Origin: an uncultured Gemmatimonadaceae bacterium
Lineage (GTDB): Bacteria > Gemmatimonadota > Gemmatimonadetes > Gemmatimonadales > Gemmatimonadaceae
Reading direction: 5' to 3'
DNA: 64,000 bases
Assembly (NCBI GenBank): GCA_963817955.1
Contig: CAWFQK010000009.1
Location: 128,001-192,000 of the forward strand
The notes beneath the pieces are model-generated. The model did no database searches. It was not told the origin of the DNA and was given only the letters and a program-made list of their open reading frames with translations. Numbering within the stretch: the first letter of the stretch is position 1; each line of letters opens with the position of its first letter. Below, one piece after another: positions 9,088-19,086 of the stretch. The translations under genes and the position numbers were made by a program.

Positions 9088-12000
9088 GTTCACCGCCGTG
9101 TAGGCGGCTTAGAAGGATTTTCCGCCTTCCATTCGAACGCCGCGATGGTTCACCGCCGTGTAGGCGGCTTAGAAGTCCAGGCGAATGCCAAAGTTGCCGG
9201 GCATGTTGTTCACCGCCGTGTAGGCGGCTTAGAAGGTCGTGGCTGGCCCTCCGGCTGGTCCCGGTGCGTTCACCGCCGTGTAGGCGGCTTAGAAGATCCC
9301 GCTGATCGTCGAATGCGCGACGCCGGAGTTCACCGCCGTGTAGGCGGCTTAGAAGAGTCCGGACGCGAGCGCAACGATCCAGCTAGAGTTCACCGCCGTG
9401 TAGGCGGCTTAGAAGTTACAGCGCTGTAGCGTCCGGCAGGCTTATCGGTTCACCGCCGTGTAGGCGGCTTAGAAGACCTGCCTGGTCGCCCACGGCGCCA
9501 GCGGTATGTTCACCGCCGTGTAGGCGGCTTAGAAGAATGTGAGAGAAAGGGATAGTAGCCTTTCCGCGTTCACCGCCGTGTAGGCGGCTTAGAAGGCCAG
9601 TCAATCCGTTCGCGCGTGATTTTGCGCGTTCACCGCCGTGTAGGCGGCTTAGAAGGCCCGGCGTTCGCGTCGGAGCAGTGCGAGGCAGTTCACCGCCGTG
9701 TAGGCGGCTTAGAAGATCCGATGATGCGGTAGACGCCAGGGGCGACGGTTCACCGCCGTGTAGGCGGCTTAGAAGAGTGAGGCATCGGCCCTGTTGAGCA
9801 GCGGCGCGTTCACCGCCGTGTAGGCGGCTTAGAAGTTCTCTCCCGATCAGGAGATCCGCGGCGTTCTGTTCACCGCCGTGTAGGCGGCTTAGAAGGACAC
9901 GCTCGCTGTCAGCGTCGTCGCCGTCACGTTCACCGCCGTGTAGGCGGCTTAGAAGCCCGGAGAATCGCCCCGTCCCCGTTGCGTTCGGTTCACCGCCGTG
10001 TAGGCGGCTTAGAAGAACACGTTGACCGCCACGGTCATCAAAATGGAGTTCACCGCCGTGTAGGCGGCTTAGAAGGATGCGTGGGGCACCGGGACGGCGG
10101 CAACAGAGTTCACCGCCGTGTAGGCGGCTTAGAAGCTTCAGGTACGCGGCGATGGCGCGGCGGATCAGTTCACCGCCGTGTAGGCGGCTTAGAAGCAGTT
10201 GCACGAATCCAGGCTGGCCGAACGGGGCGTTCACCGCCGTGTAGGCGGCTTAGAAGTCGCGCCGGTCGCGCCAGAGATCGGGCCGCCTGTTCACCGCCGT
10301 GTAGGCGGCTTAGAAGCGCGCCTCGCGCAAGGATACCAACCCCCATGTGTTCACCGCCGTGTAGGCGGCTTAGAAGCCGGCCATGAGACTATTGATTGAC
10401 GGCATCTCGTTCACCGCCGTGTAGGCGGCTTAGAAGTCGCAGCCGCCGGTAGCGACAGCGACGCGACAGTTCACCGCCGTGTAGGCGGCTTAGAAGTCGG
10501 CACCGGGACCAGCCGGCGTGACTGGCCCGTTCACCGCCGTGTAGGCGGCTTAGAAGGATCGGCGAGCCCAACGCGCACACCCGGTGAATGTTCACCGCCG
10601 TGTAGGCGGCTTAGAAGACCACACGCCGCAGAATCGCTGCTCCGGTGTCGTTCACCGCCGTGTAGGCGGCTTAGAAGAGGAGCCCGCGCCGATCATCGTC
10701 GCGCTACCGGTTCACCGCCGTGTAGGCGGCTTAGAAGAGCGACCGTGCTCCCGGGTGGATTCGTGTTCAGTTCACCGCCGTGTAGGCGGCTTAGAAGTTG
10801 GTCTGGGCGCGGCCCGGCGTCGCGTAACTGTTCACCGCCGTGTAGGCGGCTTAGAAGGGTTCACCGCGAGGATTTTGACTGCGGGGTGCGTTCACCGCCG
10901 TGTAGGCGGCTTAGAAGGTGTCGCCGGTGTCAGCGTCCGGGCCGAACAAGTTCACCGCCGTGTAGGCGGCTTAGAAGTACCGGCCGGTGGCCGCCGGGGC
11001 GATCGACGAGTTCACCGCCGTGTAGGCGGCTTAGAAGTATTCGCGATGGACACAGGGCGCTTCAATGCCGTTCACCGCCGTGTAGGCGGCTTAGAAGTGC
11101 GTCACCGACCGAGCCGTGATCGTGTACGAGTTCACCGCCGTGTAGGCGGCTTAGAAGTTCAGCCATCGCCGCATAGATGAGATTCTGGAGTTCACCGCCG
11201 TGTAGGCGGCTTAGAAGAGCACGGCAACGCGGCGCGCGGACGCCATGTTGTTCACCGCCGTGTAGGCGGCTTAGAAGACGGGCGCCGGCACTGTATACGT
11301 CACCCCGGCGTTCACCGCCGTGTAGGCGGCTTAGAAGTGGGCGCGACGAATCCGGATCTCGCGCGGATCGTTCACCGCCGTGTAGGCGGCTTAGAAGGTG
11401 CAGGAGCCCGAGGAGCCCGAGACGTTGCCGTTCACCGCCGTGTAGGCGGCTTAGAAGATGCGCGCTATTCTTCCGCGCATGACGAAACTGTTCACCGCCG
11501 TGTAGGCGGCTTAGAAGTCGCGCCGGTCGCGCCACAAGTCGGGCCGCCTGTTCACCGCCGTGTAGGCGGCTTAGAAGGTATCAGAGGCGCCCGCATTCTC
11601 GATTACGTCGTTCACCGCCGTGTAGGCGGCTTAGAAGCGCATCGTGAGCGTATGTTCAACCGCCTGGTGGTTCACCGCCGTGTAGGCGGCTTAGAAGTCC
11701 TCCGCACTGCCGAAGTCCCAGCCCGAACCGTTCACCGCCGTGTAGGCGGCTTAGAAGTTCTCGGCTTTGGTCATGCCCTTCATGAAGTCGTTCACCGCCG
11801 TGTAGGCGGCTTAGAAGGTGCGATCAATCGCGAAGTTCGGGACCGTCATGTTCACCGCCGTGTAGGCGGCTTAGAAGATCGCCGCGCGGCGGATCCTTGA
11901 GATACGGGTGTTCACCGCCGTGTAGGCGGCTTAGAAGATACGTTCACGAAAGACGTCGCAATGGACGAAGTTCACCGCCGTGTAGGCGGCTTAGAAGATC

Positions 12001-12136
12001 TGGCGTGCGGATTCCGACGAAGTTGACCACCGAGTCCGATCGAAGCTGACCACCGAGTCCGACGAATCTGACCAGCACGTTAGCAGTGGCGGTTGTGTCG
12101 GAGCGAAGCGACGGGCAGTGGATCAGTGAGCCGTGG

Positions 12137-12907
12137 TTAGGAGGTCGGGGTCGGAGTGGACGGGGAGTGCTCGGCCGCAGCCAGGCGTTTGCGCATGGAG
12201 CCGCCCTTGAGGGTGAGAGTGTGCGCGCCATGCACGAGTCGGTCGAGGATGGCGTCGGCGAGCGTGGGATTGCCAATGTATTCGTGCCAGTGTTCGATCG
12301 GCAGTTGACTCGTGACGAGCGTCGCCCGCTTACGATACCGATCGTCCAGCACTTCGAGCAGATCGCGTCGTTCGGGATCGTTCAGCGACACAAGTCCCCA
12401 ATCGTCCAAAATGACTAGATCCGTCTTGGCGATCTTGAGGAGCAGCTTGGGGTACGAGCCGTCCGCGCGCGCGAGCGCGAGCGCATGGAGGAGCCGGCCG
12501 AGGCGGAAGTAGCGCGTGGTCAGCCCGTGGCGGCAGGCGGCGTGGCCCAACGCACACGCGAGATAACTCTTGCCCACCCCGGTGGCCCCGACCAGGAGCA
12601 CGACCTGGTGCTGCCGCACCCACTCCGCGGAAATCAGCCGCACGAGGACGCTGCGATCGAGCCCGCGCGGCGCCCGCCAGTCGATGTCCTCGGCGGCCGC
12701 CGCGGTGAGGGCGAGCCGCGCGTCCTGTAAGAGGCGCTGCAGTCGGCGGTCTTCGCGGTAGGTCACCTCCCGCTCGAGCAAGAGTGCGAGGCGTTCTTCA
12801 AAGGGGAGATCGACCGCCGCACTGGTCTGGAGTTGCTCGCCGAAGGCGGCCGCCATGCCGGGCAGCCGGAGGGCGTGAAGGCGCTCGACGGTCGTATACG
12901 AGGTCAT
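12137..12907 (-). CDS. istB: IS21 helper AAA+ ATPase IstB
   Basis: Walker A GATGVGKS, Walker B LVILDDWG, TSQLP..WH, DAILDRLVH; ATG overlaps the istA stop. Confidence 0.95.
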   Translation of the reverse strand: MTSYTTVERLHALRLPGMAAAFGEQLQTSAAVDLPFEERLALLLEREVTYREDRRLQRLLQDARLALTAAAAEDIDWRAPRGLDRSVLVRLISAEWVRQHQVVLLVGATGVGKSYLACALGHAACRHGLTTRYFRLGRLLHALALARADGSYPKLLLKIAKTDLVILDDWGLVSLNDPERRDLLEVLDDRYRKRATLVTSQLPIEHWHEYIGNPTLADAILDRLVHGAHTLTLKGGSMRKRLAAAEHSPSTPTPTS

Positions 12908-14502
12908 AATGAGAGTTTCTCCTGGATCGGGGGATGTGCGAGGGACGCGAGGGACGAGGGAGGTGAGGGTGGCGTGAAGTAGTTCGCGCCACGCACGTGG
13001 GCATGGGTCGGCGGCAGCGTCAGCGTGGCGGGCTCTTCGAGCGGCACGGCATCGAGACCATGTTCGAGAATGGATTTCACCGAGCGATAGGACACCGCGC
13101 CGCTGCGGAGAGCGCGGAAGCACGCCGCCTCGACTCGGGGGTCGGTGTACCGCTTGGCGAGACTCATGAGGCCGAGGCAGGCGCGATAGCCCTGCTCCGG
13201 GTGGGGCTTGCTCTCGAGAATTCGCTGGACCACGGCGCCCGTGGACTGGCCGATGGCCTCCCCCCAGCGGACCAATCGATCCGGCGTCCACTCGAGATGC
13301 TTCTGGTGCGCCTTGGGCCGGTGCGTGGGCTCGGTGGTGAAGCCGCCGATGTGGCGACTGCGCGGATGCAGGGCGACGCGTTGCCCGCCGTACAAGATTT
13401 CGACCGCCGTGGCGGTGAGCCGCACCTCGACGGATTTGCGGAGCAGCCGATGCGGCACGCTGTAGTAGTGCCGCTCGACCTCGATGTGATAGTCGATGTT
13501 CACGCGCGCTTTCTTCCACTCCGAGTATGTATATGAGTGACTCGGGAGCGGCAGGAGCGCGGGGCGGTCGAGCGTCTCCAACAGCGTGCGGCGGGTGCCC
13601 GCGAGCTTCTGAAACGGCCGGTCGTTGAGTGCGGCGAGCAGTCGCGCGATTTCGCGATTGGCCGCCGCGAGGCCGATGAGCGTGTGGTGCCGGAGGGGGG
13701 CCAGGACCCAGCGCTCACAGATTTGCACCGCTGTTTCAACTTTCGCCTTGTCCCGAGGCGACCGCACCCGGGTGGGCAGCACCGTGGTCCCGTAGTGTGC
13801 CGCGAGATCGGCGTACGTGGGGTTGACGTCGGGATCATAGAAACACGGCTGGCGGACGCCCGTGCGCAGATTATCCGGGATTGTCAGGCGTGGCACCCCG
13901 CCGAAGCCCGCGTACATCCGCACGTGTGAGCCGATCCAGTCCGGCAGCGACTGCGTCCACGTCAGCTCGGCGAACGTGTAGTTGCTCGCGCCCAGCGTGC
14001 CGACGAAGAGCTGCGCCTCGCGGCACTCGCCCGTGCTCGGGTCCACGACGGGGAGCGTCTGCCCGGCATAATCGACGAACACTTTCTCCCCGGCGACGTG
14101 GACCTGACGCAGCACCGGATCCAGCGTGTCCGCCCACGCGCGATAGAGCGTCGTAAACTGCGAATACTGATAGCCCGTCGGCTGGGTGGCCTTGTACTCT
14201 AACCAGAGGAGCCGCAGGGTGACCCCTTTGCGGCGCAGCTCCTGGTGCAGCGTCGGCCAGTCTGGGAGGAGTTTGGGGATCGTCAGCGGCTCGGGAGGAA
14301 CGAGCTGGGCGCTCAACGCTGCGTCATCGAGGCGCGCGCAGTCCGGCCACTGCACGCCGGCCAGCGTCGCGCGATCCAGATAGAGCCCAACGGTATTGTG
14401 GCTGATGTTCAGGCTGCGGCCAATGGCCCGGCGACTGAGGCCCGTGGCAGCGAGGCGGAGCACTTCACGAAGTTTGCGCATGGAGAGGCGGTCTGCGGCC
14501 AT
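12904..14502 (-). CDS. istA: IS21 transposase IstA
   Basis: N-terminal HTH (MRKLREVLRL), VFVDYAG, PDNL, P.DKAKVE DDE motifs, YYSVPH. Confidence 0.95.
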   Translation of the reverse strand: MAADRLSMRKLREVLRLAATGLSRRAIGRSLNISHNTVGLYLDRATLAGVQWPDCARLDDAALSAQLVPPEPLTIPKLLPDWPTLHQELRRKGVTLRLLWLEYKATQPTGYQYSQFTTLYRAWADTLDPVLRQVHVAGEKVFVDYAGQTLPVVDPSTGECREAQLFVGTLGASNYTFAELTWTQSLPDWIGSHVRMYAGFGGVPRLTIPDNLRTGVRQPCFYDPDVNPTYADLAAHYGTTVLPTRVRSPRDKAKVETAVQICERWVLAPLRHHTLIGLAAANREIARLLAALNDRPFQKLAGTRRTLLETLDRPALLPLPSHSYTYSEWKKARVNIDYHIEVERHYYSVPHRLLRKSVEVRLTATAVEILYGGQRVALHPRSRHIGGFTTEPTHRPKAHQKHLEWTPDRLVRWGEAIGQSTGAVVQRILESKPHPEQGYRACLGLMSLAKRYTDPRVEAACFRALRSGAVSYRSVKSILEHGLDAVPLEEPATLTLPPTHAHVRGANYFTPPSPPSSLASLAHPPIQEKLSL

Positions 14503-17500
14503 GGTCTTCTCCTGGGAGGTCCAGGGGAAGCCGTCGGCGTTCGATCGTCCGTCGCCTTACTTCTCCAAAGCCGCGATGCGCAGCAGTGCTCAGCGGTGCC
14601 GTGGTGGGCGGCTTCCCCGTCACGGCTGGTCAATATCGCCGGAACGGGTGGGCAGCATCACCGGAATCGCTGGTCAGATTCGTCGGAATCGGTGGTCAGC
14701 TTGCACCGGAATCGCTGGTCAGCTTGGCCCGGATTCGGTGGTCAGAATCGGCCGGAATACGCACTGGCGCGAGAACGCGGGGTCAGGCGCCGTGTTCACC
14801 GCCGTGTAGGCGGCTTAGAAGGCTCGTAGGTGGCGTGGGCGGGACCAACCTGTGTTCACCGCCGTGTAGGCGGCTTAGAAGTTGAAGGTGAGCGTATCCT
14901 GTCCCGCCGCGAGGTTCACCGCCGTGTAGGCGGCTTAGAAGTCCCGCACGAACGGCGCTCTTCCAGCGCAAAGGTTCACCGCCGTGTAGGCGGCTTAGAA
15001 GACGCTCAACGCCCAGGATCACACACTCTCGATGTTCACCGCCGTGTAGGCGGCTTAGAAGTGTCGCGTCCATCTCGGACCCTACCAGCCCGCGTTCACC
15101 GCCGTGTAGGCGGCTTAGAAGTCGCTCGAGCGCAGGAATAGCGTCCCCTGACCGTTCACCGCCGTGTAGGCGGCTTAGAAGATTGTCGAGCAGCGTCGGC
15201 AGCACTTCATTGAGTTCACCGCCGTGTAGGCGGCTTAGAAGTTCCGCGCGGGGCTCAACGTCCACGCGGCGGGGTTCACCGCCGTGTAGGCGGCTTAGAA
15301 GTCAACGCCGTGCGAGTGCGCGGTGCGGTGCACGTTCACCGCCGTGTAGGCGGCTTAGAAGCCCAGGCAATCAACGGGGTTCCGTTCGACGGAGTTCACC
15401 GCCGTGTAGGCGGCTTAGAAGACACTTGAGTTGCGTGCGATGGCCGATCAGCTGTTCACCGCCGTGTAGGCGGCTTAGAAGTCGATCGCCGCAGCAATCA
15501 GCTCGGCGTCACTGTTCACCGCCGTGTAGGCGGCTTAGAAGTTGCATCGGAGCGCATTCGCACGCTTGCACTCGTTCACCGCCGTGTAGGCGGCTTAGAA
15601 GGCTCCCGCCGCTCGGAGGATCGACGGCCGCGCGTTCACCGCCGTGTAGGCGGCTTAGAAGTACGACGCGCGCTGCGCCGGGGCAACCGTGACGTTCACC
15701 GCCGTGTAGGCGGCTTAGAAGTCGACCCACGCGTTATTGAGCTTGTCCGCAATGTTCACCGCCGTGTAGGCGGCTTAGAAGGATTCGCGCGCGCCGAGTC
15801 GCACGTTCTCGAGGTTCACCGCCGTGTAGGCGGCTTAGAAGTCGTCCGCCGTCCACTCAAGCGCCTCAACGCCGTTCACCGCCGTGTAGGCGGCTTAGAA
15901 GGATGCGCCAGGCCGCGAGACCGGCGACGATCCGTTCACCGCCGTGTAGGCGGCTTAGAAGTGCGTGAGATCCGTGGTGAGGACGAGGTTACCGTTCACC
16001 GCCGTGTAGGCGGCTTAGAAGTCCGACGGCAATCGCTACCTCGTCCGCCGTCCGTTCACCGCCGTGTAGGCGGCTTAGAAGGCAGGGCATCCGGCGATGT
16101 GCGCGCACTGGGAGTTCACCGCCGTGTAGGCGGCTTAGAAGAAGAGCGGCGGTGAATCCACTGATATCGACTAGTTCACCGCCGTGTAGGCGGCTTAGAA
16201 GAGGACGCCAAGGGCGATCTCGCGCTGCGCGGGGTTCACCGCCGTGTAGGCGGCTTAGAAGCTGATCACGCGCCTCGGCCTCGCACTCGTCCATGTTCAC
16301 CGCCGTGTAGGCGGCTTAGAAGGTTGCAGCCGGTGTATTACCAGCCGCCCCAGTGTTCACCGCCGTGTAGGCGGCTTAGAAGTGGACGACGCGCATCACG
16401 CGTGGTTTGGGCTCGTTCACCGCCGTGTAGGCGGCTTAGAAGGGAGCGAGACATGACGCAGACCACGCAGACCCGTTCACCGCCGTGTAGGCGGCTTAGA
16501 AGACATCCCGTCACGTCCGGCTATGGGATATTCTGTTCACCGCCGTGTAGGCGGCTTAGAAGCATCGCGCCCGACTGGAACGCACCCGGAGCACGTTCAC
16601 CGCCGTGTAGGCGGCTTAGAAGGCGTCGGCCAGCCGCTCCGCCGTCGTCTCGAAGTTCACCGCCGTGTAGGCGGCTTAGAAGGCCTCTTCACGTCGGAGG
16701 GGATGATCTACCACGTTCACCGCCGTGTAGGCGGCTTAGAAGTGGAATCGCGGCACCAGTTCCTCGCGCCACAGGTTCACCGCCGTGTAGGCGGCTTAGA
16801 AGATTGTCGAGCAGCGTCGGGAGCACCTCGTTGAGTTCACCGCCGTGTAGGCGGCTTAGAAGAGCCGTTCGCGGATGAACAGGGCCACTTTTTCGTTCAC
16901 CGCCGTGTAGGCGGCTTAGAAGATTCAGAAGCGTGAAGAGAAGGCCGCCGACTCGTTCACCGCCGTGTAGGCGGCTTAGAAGTTGGCGTGTCAGGGTGTA
17001 GGTCATGCCGTCCCGTTCACCGCCGTGTAGGCGGCTTAGAAGTCCAGGTCAAAGTGCGCGGCCTCGTCGATCACGTTCACCGCCGTGTAGGCGGCTTAGA
17101 AGTCCAGTTCGCCGACGACGAGCGCCACCCACTCGTTCACCGCCGTGTAGGCGGCTTAGAAGAACGCCGGGCCCGATGGCAACGGCGACAAGCGGTTCAC
17201 CGCCGTGTAGGCGGCTTAGAAGAACACAGTACTCGCCAGCGTGGAGGGCTGAGCGTTCACCGCCGTGTAGGCGGCTTAGAAGTGCAGGGCGGTGACGTGC
17301 TGTGGGTCGCCGTGGTTCACCGCCGTGTAGGCGGCTTAGAAGCACGGCTCTTTCGGTAACTCCTTGCTCGCAGCGTTCACCGCCGTGTAGGCGGCTTAGA
17401 AGAAAGTCGGCGCGTGGGAGGCGTTCGCGAACGCGTTCACCGCCGTGTAGGCGGCTTAGAAGTCTTTCTTGGCGAAGTGGGTGATCTTCACCGAGTTCAC

Positions 17501-19086
17501 CGCCGTGTAGGCGGCTTAGAAGGAAAGAGTCGCTGGCGTATGCCACATCAGGGTGTTCACCGCCGTGTAGGCGGCTTAGAAGCAGACGAGCCGGTACTCC
17601 CCTTTGCCGGCGGTGTTCACCGCCGTGTAGGCGGCTTAGAAGTCCAATACGGCGCGGAGAAACGGTACGTCACTGTTCACCGCCGTGTAGGCGGCTTAGA
17701 AGGCTCGCGTCGTAGGCCCGTGCGTAGCCCGTGGGTTCACCGCCGTGTAGGCGGCTTAGAAGACGGTCGCGGCGCCGGCGCCGACCCTCGACTTGTTCAC
17801 CGCCGTGTAGGCGGCTTAGAAGTGACACCTACGGCAGGCAGCGAGCCGCAATGAGTTCACCGCCGTGTAGGCGGCTTAGAAGGACCCGGAGACGAACAAA
17901 GTCGACGCGATCGCTCGGGTTCACCGCCGTGTAGGCGGCTTAGAAGTGCGTATCAGGACGCACAAACACGTCCATCGCGTTCACCGCCGTGTAGGCGGCT
18001 TAGAAGTCCATGTTGCTACTCTTGCCGCTGCCGTTCTCGTTCACCGCCGTGTAGGCGGCTTAGAAGGGCTGCGCGGGGTCGATGTTGTCCACGATCACGT
18101 TCACCGCCGTGTAGGCGGCTTAGAAGCAACGGGGAGCAGTTCCGCGTGATGCTCGCGCGTTCACCGCCGTGTAGGCGGCTTAGAAGATATCGCCCGCGTG
18201 TCGATCGTCATGGCGTACGTTCACCGCCGCCGTGTAGGCGGCTTAGAAGTGGCGCCATCCGATCGCTACGGACGTAACGCAGTTCACCGCCGTGTAGGCG
18301 GCTTAGAAGAGATCAGGCAGTTTGCCGACCGGCACGACACTGTTCACCGCCGTGTAGGCGGCTTAGAAGACTTGAACGACCTAATCGCGCTCTGCCATCG
18401 GGTTCACCGCCGTGTAGGCGGCTTAGAAGGTCATGGCCGCGCTCCGTGCCGGCAGAGGCGAGTTCACCGCCGTGTAGGCGGCTTAGAAGTCGGCGATGGC
18501 CGCCCAGACGAGAAACTGTATGTTCACCGCCGTGTAGGCGGCTTAGAAGTGATCCAGCGAGGGATGGAAGAGTCCATATGCGTTCACCGCCGTGTAGGCG
18601 GCTTAGAAGATGAGCGCACGCACAGCCAGCGCCTCGCGGGCGTTCACCGCCGTGTAGGCGGCTTAGAAGTTGGCGCGACTGTGGCCCCAGGGGCACACAC
18701 CGTTCACCGCCGTGTAGGCGGCTTAGAAGTCGCACTCGGCCATCAAGGCACTAATCCGCTCGTTCACCGCCGTGTAGGCGGCTTAGAAGTGCCACGCGTG
18801 GGACCAGCGCATCCCCGTAATGTTCACCGCCGTGTAGGCGGCTTAGAAGTGCCACGCGTGGGACCAGCGCATCCCCGTAATGTTCACCGCCGTGTAGGCT
18901 GCTTAGAAGAATCACATTGGCCAGATGACCATGGGAGAACTGTTCACCGCCGTGTAGGCGGCTTAGAAGACGAGATCAAAGCAGCGCTCGCCGCGGGACG
19001 TGTTCACCGCCGTGTAGGCGGCTTAGAAGGCTATCTGTTCGCCGTGCCGGCGCCGATCCTCGTTCACCGCCGTGTAGGCGGCTTAG

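Larger units (their letters stand above)
12006..14763 (-). mobile_element. IS21-family insertion sequence inserted in a CRISPR spacer
   Basis: Terminal IRs TGCGGATTCCGACGAAG-TTGACCACCGAGTCCG and rc TGCGTATTCCGGCCGATTCTGACCACCGAATCCG, TG...CA ends, several subterminal repeats. Direct repeat CTGGCG at 12000-12005 and 14764-14769. Encodes istA and istB. Confidence 0.96.

Noticed and set aside
10858..10868. Spacer starting GGTTCACCGCG, resembling the repeat start
   Set aside because: Only 9 matching bases in a normal 32-bp spacer; plausibly chance.
12908..13519. 460-aa IstB ORF
   Set aside because: The upstream part overlaps istA out of frame; IstB starts at 12907. No slippery site was seen to support a programmed fusion.
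14620..14760. About 22-bp repeats (ACCGGAATCGCTGGTCAG) as a possible mini-array
   Set aside because: These are the subterminal transposase-binding repeats typical of IS21 ends.
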